Sequence record: LC597490.1
DNA length: 64,000 nt
Reading direction: 5' to 3' (one strand)
Part shown: piece after piece, positions 31,601-40,151 of the stretch
Numbering within the stretch: position 1 is the stretch's first letter
How the letters are laid out: each line of letters opens with the position of its first letter
Position numbers and translations under genes: made by a program
The notes under the pieces: model-generated
What the model was told of the DNA's origin: nothing
Seen by the model: the letters and a program-made list of their open reading frames with translations, nothing else
Databases searched by the model: none

Positions 31601-32575
31601 TTTTAGTAGTCCAAGGTCTTTGTACCATTTCATAACATCAAAGCGAATATAACCTTCATCATTTACGAACTTCTCATATGGCATACCAAGTGGAGCAGGT
31701 GCATATAAAGCAGAAGGTTTCGCAAGTAAGCTTTTATTCATGTTGATTGCGCTAGGTATTTTGTCACCCTTTAATACATCAGATTTATTTGCATGTGTTT
31801 TGTAAACAACAGCAACATAACGACCATACACATCTTTACGTGGTTCATGGTTTTCGATTCTATCTACATCGACAACAACGGCTCCAGAGCCACTCAACAT
31901 GTTATTCATATAGTCTCTTGCTTCTTCACCGATCTTGAAGGCTTGTTCTTTTGTTACTTTATAACGAGACATGTACCCAGCATTACGAGTTGTACCCGAT
32001 GCTTCACCATGGTCTTCTGTCTCAGGTGCTTGTACACCTACATAACGAATGTTTATACGTTCGCCTTTTTTAACATGCAGTCCAATCCATTTACCAGTAT
32101 CATATACAACCCCAGAGATTGTATCACCATCTTTTACTTTTACATCTTCTAATACAATGATACCTTCTGATACTGGTGTTTCTTCTGGAGGAGCTGCGAA
32201 TGCACGAGCCATTAATCTTGGAGCAAAAGCAGGTTCAGGTTTTTTATCTTCTCCTATTTGCCCTCTTTCATGGAATGGAGAATTGGATTCAACAGGAAGC
32301 TTTCTTACTACATGAGCATGTAACTCTATATTAGAAATTTTTCCTCCAAGCTTTCTTGTGAAACCATGACTTCCTTCAGTTTTATTGAAGGTAACGGAGA
32401 TAGGATATGCTTTATTTTTTTCAGCTACTGTTGTTAAGTATTCTGACAATCTGTTTCCAATAGAAACTTCATTATATCTAAAACGAACTCGTTCTCCATC
32501 TACATCCAGAGTAAGAAGCCAGAATGACTCTGGCTTCTCTTTCTGAACAGATAGGAGTCTCATTTCATACAACAT
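25613..32575 (-). CDS. Giant baseplate hub protein (2320 aa) with an N-terminal thermonuclease domain, tube-like domains, a degenerate lysozyme-like domain, a hub domain and hydrophobic C-terminal helices
   Basis: DGDT (D149)...RYVGVQAPE...DVYGRYVAVVY (SNase fold); AIQSIDVHRSRKQVADTAVISMTN...GARIHLRMGYG...VFNGKITEM...LVAQGDG (gp27/gpD-like hub); position upstream of the spike and wedge genes. Confidence 0.8.
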   Translation of the reverse strand: MLYEMRLLSVQKEKPESFWLLTLDVDGERVRFRYNEVSIGNRLSEYLTTVAEKNKAYPISVTFNKTEGSHGFTRKLGGKISNIELHAHVVRKLPVESNSPFHERGQIGEDKKPEPAFAPRLMARAFAAPPEETPVSEGIIVLEDVKVKDGDTISGVVYDTGKWIGLHVKKGERINIRYVGVQAPETEDHGEASGTTRNAGYMSRYKVTKEQAFKIGEEARDYMNNMLSGSGAVVVDVDRIENHEPRKDVYGRYVAVVYKTHANKSDVLKGDKIPSAINMNKSLLAKPSALYAPAPLGMPYEKFVNDEGYIRFDVMKWYKDLGLLKDMPDSGTVGEKLDDYFKESNKNNEEKSDLSEVKIKYDDVFDNSIDFLEPLDDRIEKMGDLQNQHRVRIGDVLLTVPPLGIQVNRTSHTERIKTLRTKGSILTKTGYASTSINLQLYFHDLEAINGTPWKTPEGMEYTMDGLRQLIAQFQKMPFLPIDNVYINTTLDIHDVALMNLSVETVPGFPHSIMANLTLAKFNSEAYMPQEVSLHDAINYPLMRWYYQRSLTKPANEAHTFLEPISGQLTNKISFSHADEAELEQRAEAIIALREMKPINVMRMEIDAKKSELGKVIADGKKASLLLEQYDKYQRHKKNGDIKDPDDLVEGHPVFQDMYNNRSARAVFDDTEFFAPHDSEVHDIMRGKLPVDPEEGSELPGYFRKKDTFKIFLWSIPNGEELKKHRNLWVKPKSEKEAVGYFYVTETSLGALKGIVERGRRAEQMAMTEIDRYNKLSDIVYVTESKLSMIDYTIPEKDMLVTSMQVMYENIFSSAQTRTGESPTMQFLGSQDVAVKLDLELTEDGVLKLRNLVDKIDEFARHYRVGISSGFLGIENQLLKLFGVRSVMIETLNVNTVPGFPGRFQGEMVLVAFNKTQRRQEELKGMSAVNGTDRDQLHSSTVDYKLQDAIIEYKMDQMEVYPDLELPTYKELNDVIEKTGAGIKEYKNKPGGIYVDPDFYASTKWTFRGEIKKQLEQRKEMKFSDSSGVHMSSSITSTDPMDVDKENMHVIEALEKKTPYVPYVFNWAEDNKGANSEKAAENATDSTGGAKGTGKPNAEVATWLKDKKNIDTPPPLDKWKTWGYGESEADFTKWRQNVVPKPVDFYKELYALIDARWVKNNNVYNDKNKATGGHTKLTYADPEDHLKLYTQYREGKKPTDNLIALMGQDKTNGMYYKEFMPTTRARIANYLKAFFHHQSKWNGFDSMSKPYVNGTFGGLGKVDIPNFATSVDDAQRFLWDWKYQLKVIVEDIYKFYVKARDSKEKEFEYRAWDYMLSAFYIGELKKDSIKEGAFPSIMSVWKSLYNEDKNRYRSPRQVVDPDIMKLVDGKSSHTVNVATSDKDALIKDLEDSKILEDVLGKEKAKALLSEIKKKSTSEVKKIYESYMKMHKDGKLKGYLDQVKIPTGGNTNMLIGKWATDLLALGWSKTFGGDGSLWDNWFGDGKSQETKNYEDQQKVEDIKDEEYNRLLFKQSPEEAFSQMAHNMLSYDMRGRLCRAFPTFQFFIIDEGRWMGSYRLWDNFYGFNAIQSIDVHRSRKQVADTAVISMTNVYSNLTARPTSEMYDSFAYSFWDNLVLDNPSDAILDSRSDLLNSMMLEVGARIHLRMGYGSSVRRLPTVFNGKITEMDTNDVITLVAQGDGLELTSVISGDPDDKTAKLFNAQEPRDIICKLLTSKGSWAKDVINVASENRFFRDNPLGVAHFGRPGDRTPDANFKFFNENYGEAAQNIYSANGLQTFSQWIYEDGTRIPMKWDGFILKFQGGDEDNILMPLYNQTIWDVATNISYCFPDYIAAVHPFETRSTLFFGKPYWNMAYRYDSTYAYNEKTKSWDRTLDTEYRRPYCQLHYIDDGMDIISNQIKASSDGMYTIVVGNYGGKPTPPVYADYDIDFSMQRTAVVDLPLISRTIPGWDMFTTEKQALYYSASTVRDYMKDMYKGRITIIGTPTLKPHDMIYMSDSVSDMNGNIGVEAVVHHFSHETGFISSVTPDAVVVIDDKAMLAHSNWWASVGMLAGATVMGLRAGNAATRKFANSATGRTLMTKGKAAGGWIVEKSMKNLVDTLPDTPETNELKKALDSYYKAKGKEGKNEAQAWERVKTAADNVSKKAQEWLKSGGVPGKDGKIMKGTKKLAARSLLTASKLPGAMKDMKSSSKFIKGVGTFASKGTPLGWIFSLTAGWLVESLFEKWRRSKTTNQAVLMMPLMHQGKEFTAGINGHKGMVVGDTKQGSMDNFLQGLGFDGSGDGFFAAVGGFMNFMADTDADDRKFTTSYQDLDNYGADKTQ

Positions 32576-32591
32576 ATGAAAACCTCCTTTA

Positions 32592-35500
32592 TTAATACGT
32601 AAACCCTTTACCCATTACATTTGCAAATTGTGTTTGCATCCACTCATTGTCTAGCTTCTGAGTATTGTCATTTACGTTCATGTTCATGTTAAGTTGAGCG
32701 CTCGTTTGACGAGATAACTCTTCATGAACGAGTTTCGAAATATCTTGTTGAGACATTCCTTTTGCATCCTTCGCTCGAATCGAAATGTTGATGTTTTCAT
32801 TTGGTGTTACACGAGCAGTCGGGCCAGAAGATACTTGTACAGGAGGTGGCGGTGGTGGCGCCATATCAGTCTGCTCTTGGAATGCTTCTGGTGTTGGACC
32901 ACTTCTCATTAAAGCTGAAGCTGCCCACATTGCACCAAATCCAATTGCTCCTCCTATCATACCTGGTCCCATCTTATGTGCTAAACCAGACATCTTTTCA
33001 CTTACTGCTTCCGTTGCTCGAACAATACCTTTGTCTGCACCAACCATTTCTGTAAGAGTATTCTTACTTAGATGCGGTGTTTCAGTTATCGTATCAGCGA
33101 GAGAATCTTTTAATGCTCTATCTCTAAACGAGAATCGCTCAGAAATAAGGTTTTCGAAGTTCTCTACACCTTCATCATATATCTTTTTGAACTGAGGATT
33201 GTTTGCGGCGATGTTGTCTAAGTGAGGAGTTGGAACAGATTCATACTTACCACCAGCTACAATGTTAGAAACAATATCTGTATCTTTCGTACCACCAGAT
33301 TGCATACCCTTCAGATGAGGATTCTCAGTGAACGTGTTGCCAGACAATGAATACAGGTCTTGTAATTGGTCTAAGTGTGTATCCAAGCCATAATGGTTCA
33401 TACTTTCATTTGGGTTGCTTGTCTTGAAGATACCCAGTATGTCATTGGCTTTTCGAATCTTCTCTACACCAACAGAGTCAGGTCGGATAACCCCTTCTTT
33501 TAACATCTCAATTGCTTGGTAATGAGTTTGCATACGTTTTTCTACTTCACCCATTACGGCTTCAGCACCGTGATGCTCCATTACTTTAGCGGCATATTGA
33601 GACTCATCGTTTGTTAGCTGTTTACCCCAGCTCTTAACAATCTCTTCTGTTAAAGCACCAACACTAATTTTCTTAGAAGAAATGGAGTCCTGTGAAATCT
33701 TACTACTAAACTCCTCTAGGATATTCATAGCTTGGTAGGCTTCGTCTTGTGAGATTAAGCCTTTTTTAGCAAGAGCCTCATAAGTTGGATTCGTTAAAGT
33801 CTGCATACGTTGACGTAAGTTATCGAGTACCCCGATGTCAGCTTTACCAGTACGAGCTAGTAAACTTTCCATCTCATTTAGTCTAGTTGTTTTTGGACCC
33901 CAACCAGCTAACTCTCCATAATCTTGTGACCTTTGTATTTCTCGTTGCAGTTGCTCACCGACAGTTAGCTTCTCTGCATTGTAGTGCTTTAACTCATCTG
34001 CTGCCATTTCGACACCAGCTTGTTCATACAATGGAATACTTCCTTGTTGAACTTGTTGCATCTCTTTATGCACAGCACGAATGTCATCAACAGTATGTGT
34101 CTTACTTGCTTTATAGTGGTTAAATACAGCATTACCATTATCACCATCATGATCGGCTTTGAATACTTTTGCAGTACCAGCGCCAACATACATAGTGTTT
34201 GCTTCAATCGTATCATCCACAAGGTAACGAAGAACTCCGTTTGTTTGTTTATTGATAGTTGGATAACGGTTTGTAAATCCATATAAACCATTTGTTTTCG
34301 CAATTTCAAGTGCTTCTTCGCCCATACGTTCAGATTTAAACTGTTTCGCTAAAGATTCAAGACGAACTTTCTCGTCTCCTTTTGCTTTACCAGCTTGTGT
34401 CATACGCTCATTGTATTCTGTAAGAACAGCTTCATGACGTTTTGGAGCTAATGACTGAACGATATCGCCTTCTGCACCTGCAATCATACGACGCATTTGT
34501 TTCGGACCAATTAAGGCATCACCTTCAGCTAGTCCTTTCTCATGCATGTTAACCCCTTCAATATGGAAACGACCAGACATATCCATCTTCGCAGAGTACT
34601 TATCTAGAAGTGTTCCGCCATGAGAACCTGTCACCATATAGTTTAGGTATGACTTGTATGCATCTACTGATTTTTCAACAGCTTCCTTATTCTCTATTGT
34701 AGGAGCAGCTTGATATGCTTTAATGTTTCTCCAGATACCAAGGGAACGCTTGTCTACTTCATTCGCCATCTCCAGTGCTTCTGGGCCAGTACCGATTTGC
34801 ATTGTACCAGGAGACATCAAACGAACATACTTGTCTTTAAACTGATGTTCACTATTGCTTGGTAATTCAAGTAAGAATGTGCCGCCGTTTTTCTTCATGA
34901 GACTTCCGACAGTTTCTTCTACACCTTCACCAAGTCCCTCAATCTGTAACTGTAGGCTTCTTGGGTCAGCAAGTGTCATTGCATAGTTTCCAAGTTTACC
35001 TTTCGTCATCTCAGGGTCAGTAGCAACATTGAATTGTGGGTCACGGAATGCATGTTGAGAAATCTCTAAGTGACCATCCTTCATAACAGCTGTGTGCGTA
35101 CCATCTGGGTCTAAGTCCGTCATGATGTTTCCACCTGTACGGATAACAATGTCACCTTCTTGTACAACACCATTCTTTTGAAGAGTTGTATTTTGGTGGT
35201 CATTGATTGCTCGTAAGATACCAGAAGTTTCTTCAGCTAATGTCATTTCCTTACTGCTGTTTTGGATAGCAGAACGAGATGAGATTTGTTGACGAACAAA
35301 CTTACCAATCGTATGGTCTTTACGCCCTAAGATTTGGTCTGTACGATTTAGAATCGCTTCTTGTTCTTTATATGTCCAACGAACCAATCCCTCTTTGCCT
35401 GTCTCAGATACACCCATTTGGTCTTGCCATTTATGGAGGTCAGCTACTCGAAGTGTTAAGTTAACATTCTTTTCCTGACGATTTATTGGAGCTGTATAAT

Positions 35501-38500
35501 TAATAACGCCAGCTTTAGCCGCAAGTTCTTCTAACATTTGAGATGATTGTTTTACGAAGTCATACTCTTGTTGTGCTCCATATACAGGACCAGCGATTCG
35601 TCCATGTTCTGAATTCAATACGAGCTTACCAACAGTTAAGTTGCTTCCTTGTACAGGTTCAAGCTTCATAGCGATATCGCCATCAGGTATTTGGAAGATA
35701 CGTTGTGTCATATCTTTAATATCTGATACGTACTTTTTAACAGCTTCATTTTTAAAGTCCATTTCAGAGTTCGTGATTAGTCGGTTGGCTTCATCTACAG
35801 CTAATCGGACTTGACCTTCAATCTCTGTACCATGCATACCTTTACTGATATCACTTACAGTTACGATTGCTTTTGCATCACCTACACCAAGTGCTTCAAA
35901 GATATCTCTATCGAAGAAGTTTGTTGTAATACGATGGTTGGCATCCGTTAAGAACTTACGTCCATTTTCTGTTTTCTCAATCATTTGAGTTTGCAGTTTA
36001 CGAGTCTCTGGGTCATAACCTACGACATGGAATCCATCGCCCCATGCTTTTTCAGTTTGATATTGTGTATTCTGACCGATACTTACCTGACCAACTGTTA
36101 ATTTGCCATGGTCAGCTTTGCCTGGATTGTTAACACGACCACCAAGAATTGTTTCCAATTCAGTAGCGTTCTTCATAACATCTCCTTCAAGTCTCCACCC
36201 ACCATTGTCAGTTCGGACTGCACGGAATCCATCCTTCGCTAAATCATTGTTCTCAGCTTGTTTAAAGAAGTTTGCAATGTCACTGTGTAATTCAAATCCA
36301 CGTTGCAGGGTAAAGTTCTTCTCACGCTTCGTATCAAACACACTTTGTAATGACTTGTCGATGATAGACATACCCTCGAATGTAGTTAGATTCTTTTCGA
36401 ATCCTTGACCATATTTACGAACTAGGTCGGCATATGCATCAGGACTACTCTTTCTAAACTCATCCATACGATCTTTAATATCCATATCAGTTAATTCAAC
36501 AGCTTGAACGTTTAGTCCAGTTAATTCTTTCTGCTGAATAACAGAACCATCAGGCATACGAAGTGGAGCACTCAAAGCTTCAGATGCAGTTGTTGTAGCA
36601 GAAGTTTGAATCATACGCTCAATCTCAGCGCTAGTATATCCTTTCGCTTGTAGTCGGCTACGAATTTCTCTTTCTTCTAATGGAATATAGTTACGAGTTT
36701 TATTCATTTGCTCACGGGCTAAAATATTATAATGACCAAATGCCTGATAAGCTTGTGATGTTTCTCGTGTACCATAGATACCATTCAGTACTTGCTCACC
36801 ACTTACGTTACCAGCATTTAAATACATATTCTTTTCTCTAGATGCGAACTCTTGAATCGTACTATGGAATGCACGTTGTTCTCTCATTCCTAAATTCTCG
36901 AAGAAGGAAGTATATGATTGAGCAGACTTGTCTTTGATTTGTTGGTATTTGTTTTTTACGCCTAGTTCTTTTTCAAAACCATAGCGTTGGTCATACCATG
37001 AATACCATTCTTCAGCCCATCCACTTACATCAATCTTACTTCTAGCTGCACGTTGAGCTATCTGAGAACGCTTAGAATCATGCTTAGTAAGTTCTTTTGC
37101 ATTTGTGTATGGATTATTATGTGAGAACTTTTCTGTCGCTTCACGGGCTTGTCTACGTAGTCTAGAGTGAGCCTCTTGTTCGTTGCCTTTACGGATTAGC
37201 TCTTTTGTAGAACTAGAACGACGGACAGCACCATCTACTAATTGTTCTAATGGTGTACCAAGTATATCCTTACCATTCATTCTCATTGCTTTTAAATAAC
37301 CTGTCTTAGTAGAACCAGGCATTGTTACGTTCATGTTTTCATCCAATAATGGAATTGGAACAGAAGCAACTTTCGCATGTTCAATGATTTGGTTCGGCTG
37401 AAGACCCATTACTTCTTTCATTACAGTTTCCTGCATAACAGCAAGCATGTATGTCTTCTTGTGACCATCGTAGATTAATTGTGTAGCCATGCCATCTCCA
37501 GAGTAGGAGTTGATTAATTGTTTTACTACATCTTCAGCTTTCATCGTTTGAACGCCACGAGCAGTGTTACCACCACTGATTTGCATTAAACCATTTAAAG
37601 CTTCGTCATGTGTTTGTAATGCCTTTTGAAATTTCGCATCACTTAAATCAAGTGTCTTACCTTGAGACTTATGAGAAGCTCGCCCACTATCAATCCCTCG
37701 TCCGATAATATCTTCTAAGATAGCTGGGTTTTGGTATGCTTCCACTAAAGGTTTACGGATAGAACTTACATCTTTGATGTCTAAGTTGTGGTTAGCATAA
37801 GAAGAGTTATGAGAATACTCAGCTCTCATCATACGAGCCATACTTTCAATAACCATGTAAGGACTTTCCCCGTGTTGTAATTCACTAACCTGACGTAGTA
37901 ATTGAGATTTCTCAGATGATGTTAAGCCAGAAGCACCTGGTCTACGAACATGATTCACAACATCCTTCAAACGTTTCTTCACAATACCAATATCTACGCC
38001 ACCATTCTTACTGATGTTCTCTTTAATATCTAATCCCTTTGTAATGTAAGAACGGATATTACGAGCTGCGGTTGCATCAGTAGAAAGATCAATACGATGA
38101 GTTGTTTCACCAGGTAATTGTAATTCTAAGAATCCTTTACCATTTGGCATTCTCACTCGTGTTTCACCGCTACCATATCTCTCATCTAATTGTTTAGCGA
38201 TATTACTTAAAGCAACGTTCTGACTGAATGGTGTAAATCCATTTGAACCTGGAAGGTTTGCATCGAGTCTTGCCATTGCAGTTTGCCATACCTTCTTCTC
38301 TTGTGTTAAACGTTTCTCCATAACAAGAAGGTCACGATATTGAGAGTTTGGTAAACCAGTAGGTGTTCCGCCAACAGTACGTTGAACATTAGGATGGTTC
38401 TGTACATAATCAGCAATATCTGATTTACGGATTTCACCACGTTTGATTTTCTCTCTCCCCTCATTTAATGCATCAAGGGCAGCGTACATACGCTCAAGCA

Positions 38501-40139
38501 TCCAACGTCCTCCACCAGATTCAGTTGTAGAGAACATCTTATCGTAAGTACGTCTTGCACGGTCTAATCCATATGCAGTTCTATTACCCGCATTAGGGTT
38601 TGCTAATTGAGGAACTTCTTCAGAAGGTTTAAATACTTGGTGGAATACACTTTGAAGGTCAGTCTCACTGTCTCGTGAAATGAAGTGGAATAAATCTGTC
38701 TCTAAGTTACGAAGTAAGATACCACTTTGTTTATTATCAGAGTTCTTTAATTTACCGCTGAATGTTTTTACAACCTCATACTCTGATTCTTTAGAGATTG
38801 GGTTTACGTTTCCTTTATAAGCAGGAACCAATTGTTTCTTTTCTGGGTCCCATCGGAATACACCATCATTTGCTCCGCTTTCATATCCTGGCAAACCTGT
38901 CATTGAGAATACTTTATCTCCAGCCTTAATGGAATTACTATTCCAAGTACCATTCATACGATTACCTGCATCAGCATTTACGATGCCTTCTACATTCAAC
39001 TTATCTAAGAATACTTTATTGGCAACATCTACAGTTAAGTCTGTATCCTGTAAAGCCATGTGAGTTGCTTGTGCGATTTCACCAGTCATGCCGTAAAAGT
39101 TAGCTAGTGTTTGGTTTCGTAAACCATGCTTAGAACTTAGGTCAGCAAATAAAGAATTGGCAATAGATAATGTATCGAATGAGTCTGCTTTCTGAATATC
39201 AGAAGCTAAACGAGTTAAAGCCATTCTAGTCTTTCTATCATGCTTAGGTATGCTAGGAACTAGCTGGTCTTTAATATAATCACGCATGAAAGGAATATCA
39301 TATGTGTTAATATTTTGCCCACCTAGTTTTAATTCTTTTCCATTACGTAATGTTTTTAAGAATTCTCTAGCTACTACATGAGGTTCTGTACCATGCTTCA
39401 CAACATTCTCAAATCCACGTTTTGCTGCTTTAATTTGGTCATGTGTAAATAAGGTACCTTTCATAGCTTTTTGATCTTTATTCTGTTTTAAGATAGTAGT
39501 CATATCACCATCTTTACGGAAGTATCCATTACCAAATGCATCATCTGCTCCGTATAAGATTAAGTCATTCACGGTACGTCTTTCATCATCCGTTAAGTTG
39601 ATACCTGTAATATGAATCCCCTTTAATTTCTCAAAGATATCCATTACATGCTTTTGTTCTTTCTCACCTGGTTTTACTAATAAAGAAAGAGCCTTATCTG
39701 TTTTGCTGAATTGAAGTTTACCTGCGGCATCTCTTTCTACTTTTGTTTGACGGAAACCAAACTCTAAAGGTGAGTACCATTCTCCGCCATGAGTACCAAT
39801 ATTCTCAATATCGAAGAACGTGAAGATATCTCCAGCCTTCATATTTTGAATCGTTTGGATGGATTTTTGAGCATGGGATTTCGTGCTTGTACTTGGGATA
39901 TGGATAGACTTAAACATATTCATTTGAGAATCAGCAGCGTTTGTTAATATCTTACCGTTGTAAGTAGCCGCTTTGAATAACTCATCAGCACCTGTTGTTC
40001 TTGGCTTCTTTTCTCGTTGAGACATTTGAGCCACAATGTACGATGCTTCAGGGTTTGTATTTTGTTTAATATAAGTACCATGAAGGGGGTCGTATTTAAA
40101 CTGACCCCCATTTTTAATTCCCCCTTTATTTTCTTCCAT
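32592..40139 (-). CDS. Putative virion-associated single-chain two-barrel RNA polymerase fused to an N-terminal DEDDh 3'-5' exonuclease (2515 aa), encoded in the tape-measure position
   Basis: Beta-prime-like NRYPT (R1958) and ADHDGD (D1996/D1998/D2000; nt 34140-34157). Beta-like TFEG (E1255), GRK-x7-R (K1395/R1403) and SKGMHG (M1435). Exonuclease motifs FDIE (D110/E112), GQNINTYD (D281) and HMALQD (H360/D365). Confidence 0.85.
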   Translation of the reverse strand: MEENKGGIKNGGQFKYDPLHGTYIKQNTNPEASYIVAQMSQREKKPRTTGADELFKAATYNGKILTNAADSQMNMFKSIHIPSTSTKSHAQKSIQTIQNMKAGDIFTFFDIENIGTHGGEWYSPLEFGFRQTKVERDAAGKLQFSKTDKALSLLVKPGEKEQKHVMDIFEKLKGIHITGINLTDDERRTVNDLILYGADDAFGNGYFRKDGDMTTILKQNKDQKAMKGTLFTHDQIKAAKRGFENVVKHGTEPHVVAREFLKTLRNGKELKLGGQNINTYDIPFMRDYIKDQLVPSIPKHDRKTRMALTRLASDIQKADSFDTLSIANSLFADLSSKHGLRNQTLANFYGMTGEIAQATHMALQDTDLTVDVANKVFLDKLNVEGIVNADAGNRMNGTWNSNSIKAGDKVFSMTGLPGYESGANDGVFRWDPEKKQLVPAYKGNVNPISKESEYEVVKTFSGKLKNSDNKQSGILLRNLETDLFHFISRDSETDLQSVFHQVFKPSEEVPQLANPNAGNRTAYGLDRARRTYDKMFSTTESGGGRWMLERMYAALDALNEGREKIKRGEIRKSDIADYVQNHPNVQRTVGGTPTGLPNSQYRDLLVMEKRLTQEKKVWQTAMARLDANLPGSNGFTPFSQNVALSNIAKQLDERYGSGETRVRMPNGKGFLELQLPGETTHRIDLSTDATAARNIRSYITKGLDIKENISKNGGVDIGIVKKRLKDVVNHVRRPGASGLTSSEKSQLLRQVSELQHGESPYMVIESMARMMRAEYSHNSSYANHNLDIKDVSSIRKPLVEAYQNPAILEDIIGRGIDSGRASHKSQGKTLDLSDAKFQKALQTHDEALNGLMQISGGNTARGVQTMKAEDVVKQLINSYSGDGMATQLIYDGHKKTYMLAVMQETVMKEVMGLQPNQIIEHAKVASVPIPLLDENMNVTMPGSTKTGYLKAMRMNGKDILGTPLEQLVDGAVRRSSSTKELIRKGNEQEAHSRLRRQAREATEKFSHNNPYTNAKELTKHDSKRSQIAQRAARSKIDVSGWAEEWYSWYDQRYGFEKELGVKNKYQQIKDKSAQSYTSFFENLGMREQRAFHSTIQEFASREKNMYLNAGNVSGEQVLNGIYGTRETSQAYQAFGHYNILAREQMNKTRNYIPLEEREIRSRLQAKGYTSAEIERMIQTSATTTASEALSAPLRMPDGSVIQQKELTGLNVQAVELTDMDIKDRMDEFRKSSPDAYADLVRKYGQGFEKNLTTFEGMSIIDKSLQSVFDTKREKNFTLQRGFELHSDIANFFKQAENNDLAKDGFRAVRTDNGGWRLEGDVMKNATELETILGGRVNNPGKADHGKLTVGQVSIGQNTQYQTEKAWGDGFHVVGYDPETRKLQTQMIEKTENGRKFLTDANHRITTNFFDRDIFEALGVGDAKAIVTVSDISKGMHGTEIEGQVRLAVDEANRLITNSEMDFKNEAVKKYVSDIKDMTQRIFQIPDGDIAMKLEPVQGSNLTVGKLVLNSEHGRIAGPVYGAQQEYDFVKQSSQMLEELAAKAGVINYTAPINRQEKNVNLTLRVADLHKWQDQMGVSETGKEGLVRWTYKEQEAILNRTDQILGRKDHTIGKFVRQQISSRSAIQNSSKEMTLAEETSGILRAINDHQNTTLQKNGVVQEGDIVIRTGGNIMTDLDPDGTHTAVMKDGHLEISQHAFRDPQFNVATDPEMTKGKLGNYAMTLADPRSLQLQIEGLGEGVEETVGSLMKKNGGTFLLELPSNSEHQFKDKYVRLMSPGTMQIGTGPEALEMANEVDKRSLGIWRNIKAYQAAPTIENKEAVEKSVDAYKSYLNYMVTGSHGGTLLDKYSAKMDMSGRFHIEGVNMHEKGLAEGDALIGPKQMRRMIAGAEGDIVQSLAPKRHEAVLTEYNERMTQAGKAKGDEKVRLESLAKQFKSERMGEEALEIAKTNGLYGFTNRYPTINKQTNGVLRYLVDDTIEANTMYVGAGTAKVFKADHDGDNGNAVFNHYKASKTHTVDDIRAVHKEMQQVQQGSIPLYEQAGVEMAADELKHYNAEKLTVGEQLQREIQRSQDYGELAGWGPKTTRLNEMESLLARTGKADIGVLDNLRQRMQTLTNPTYEALAKKGLISQDEAYQAMNILEEFSSKISQDSISSKKISVGALTEEIVKSWGKQLTNDESQYAAKVMEHHGAEAVMGEVEKRMQTHYQAIEMLKEGVIRPDSVGVEKIRKANDILGIFKTSNPNESMNHYGLDTHLDQLQDLYSLSGNTFTENPHLKGMQSGGTKDTDIVSNIVAGGKYESVPTPHLDNIAANNPQFKKIYDEGVENFENLISERFSFRDRALKDSLADTITETPHLSKNTLTEMVGADKGIVRATEAVSEKMSGLAHKMGPGMIGGAIGFGAMWAASALMRSGPTPEAFQEQTDMAPPPPPPVQVSSGPTARVTPNENINISIRAKDAKGMSQQDISKLVHEELSRQTSAQLNMNMNVNDNTQKLDNEWMQTQFANVMGKGFTY

Positions 40140-40151
40140 CCCAATTCCTCC

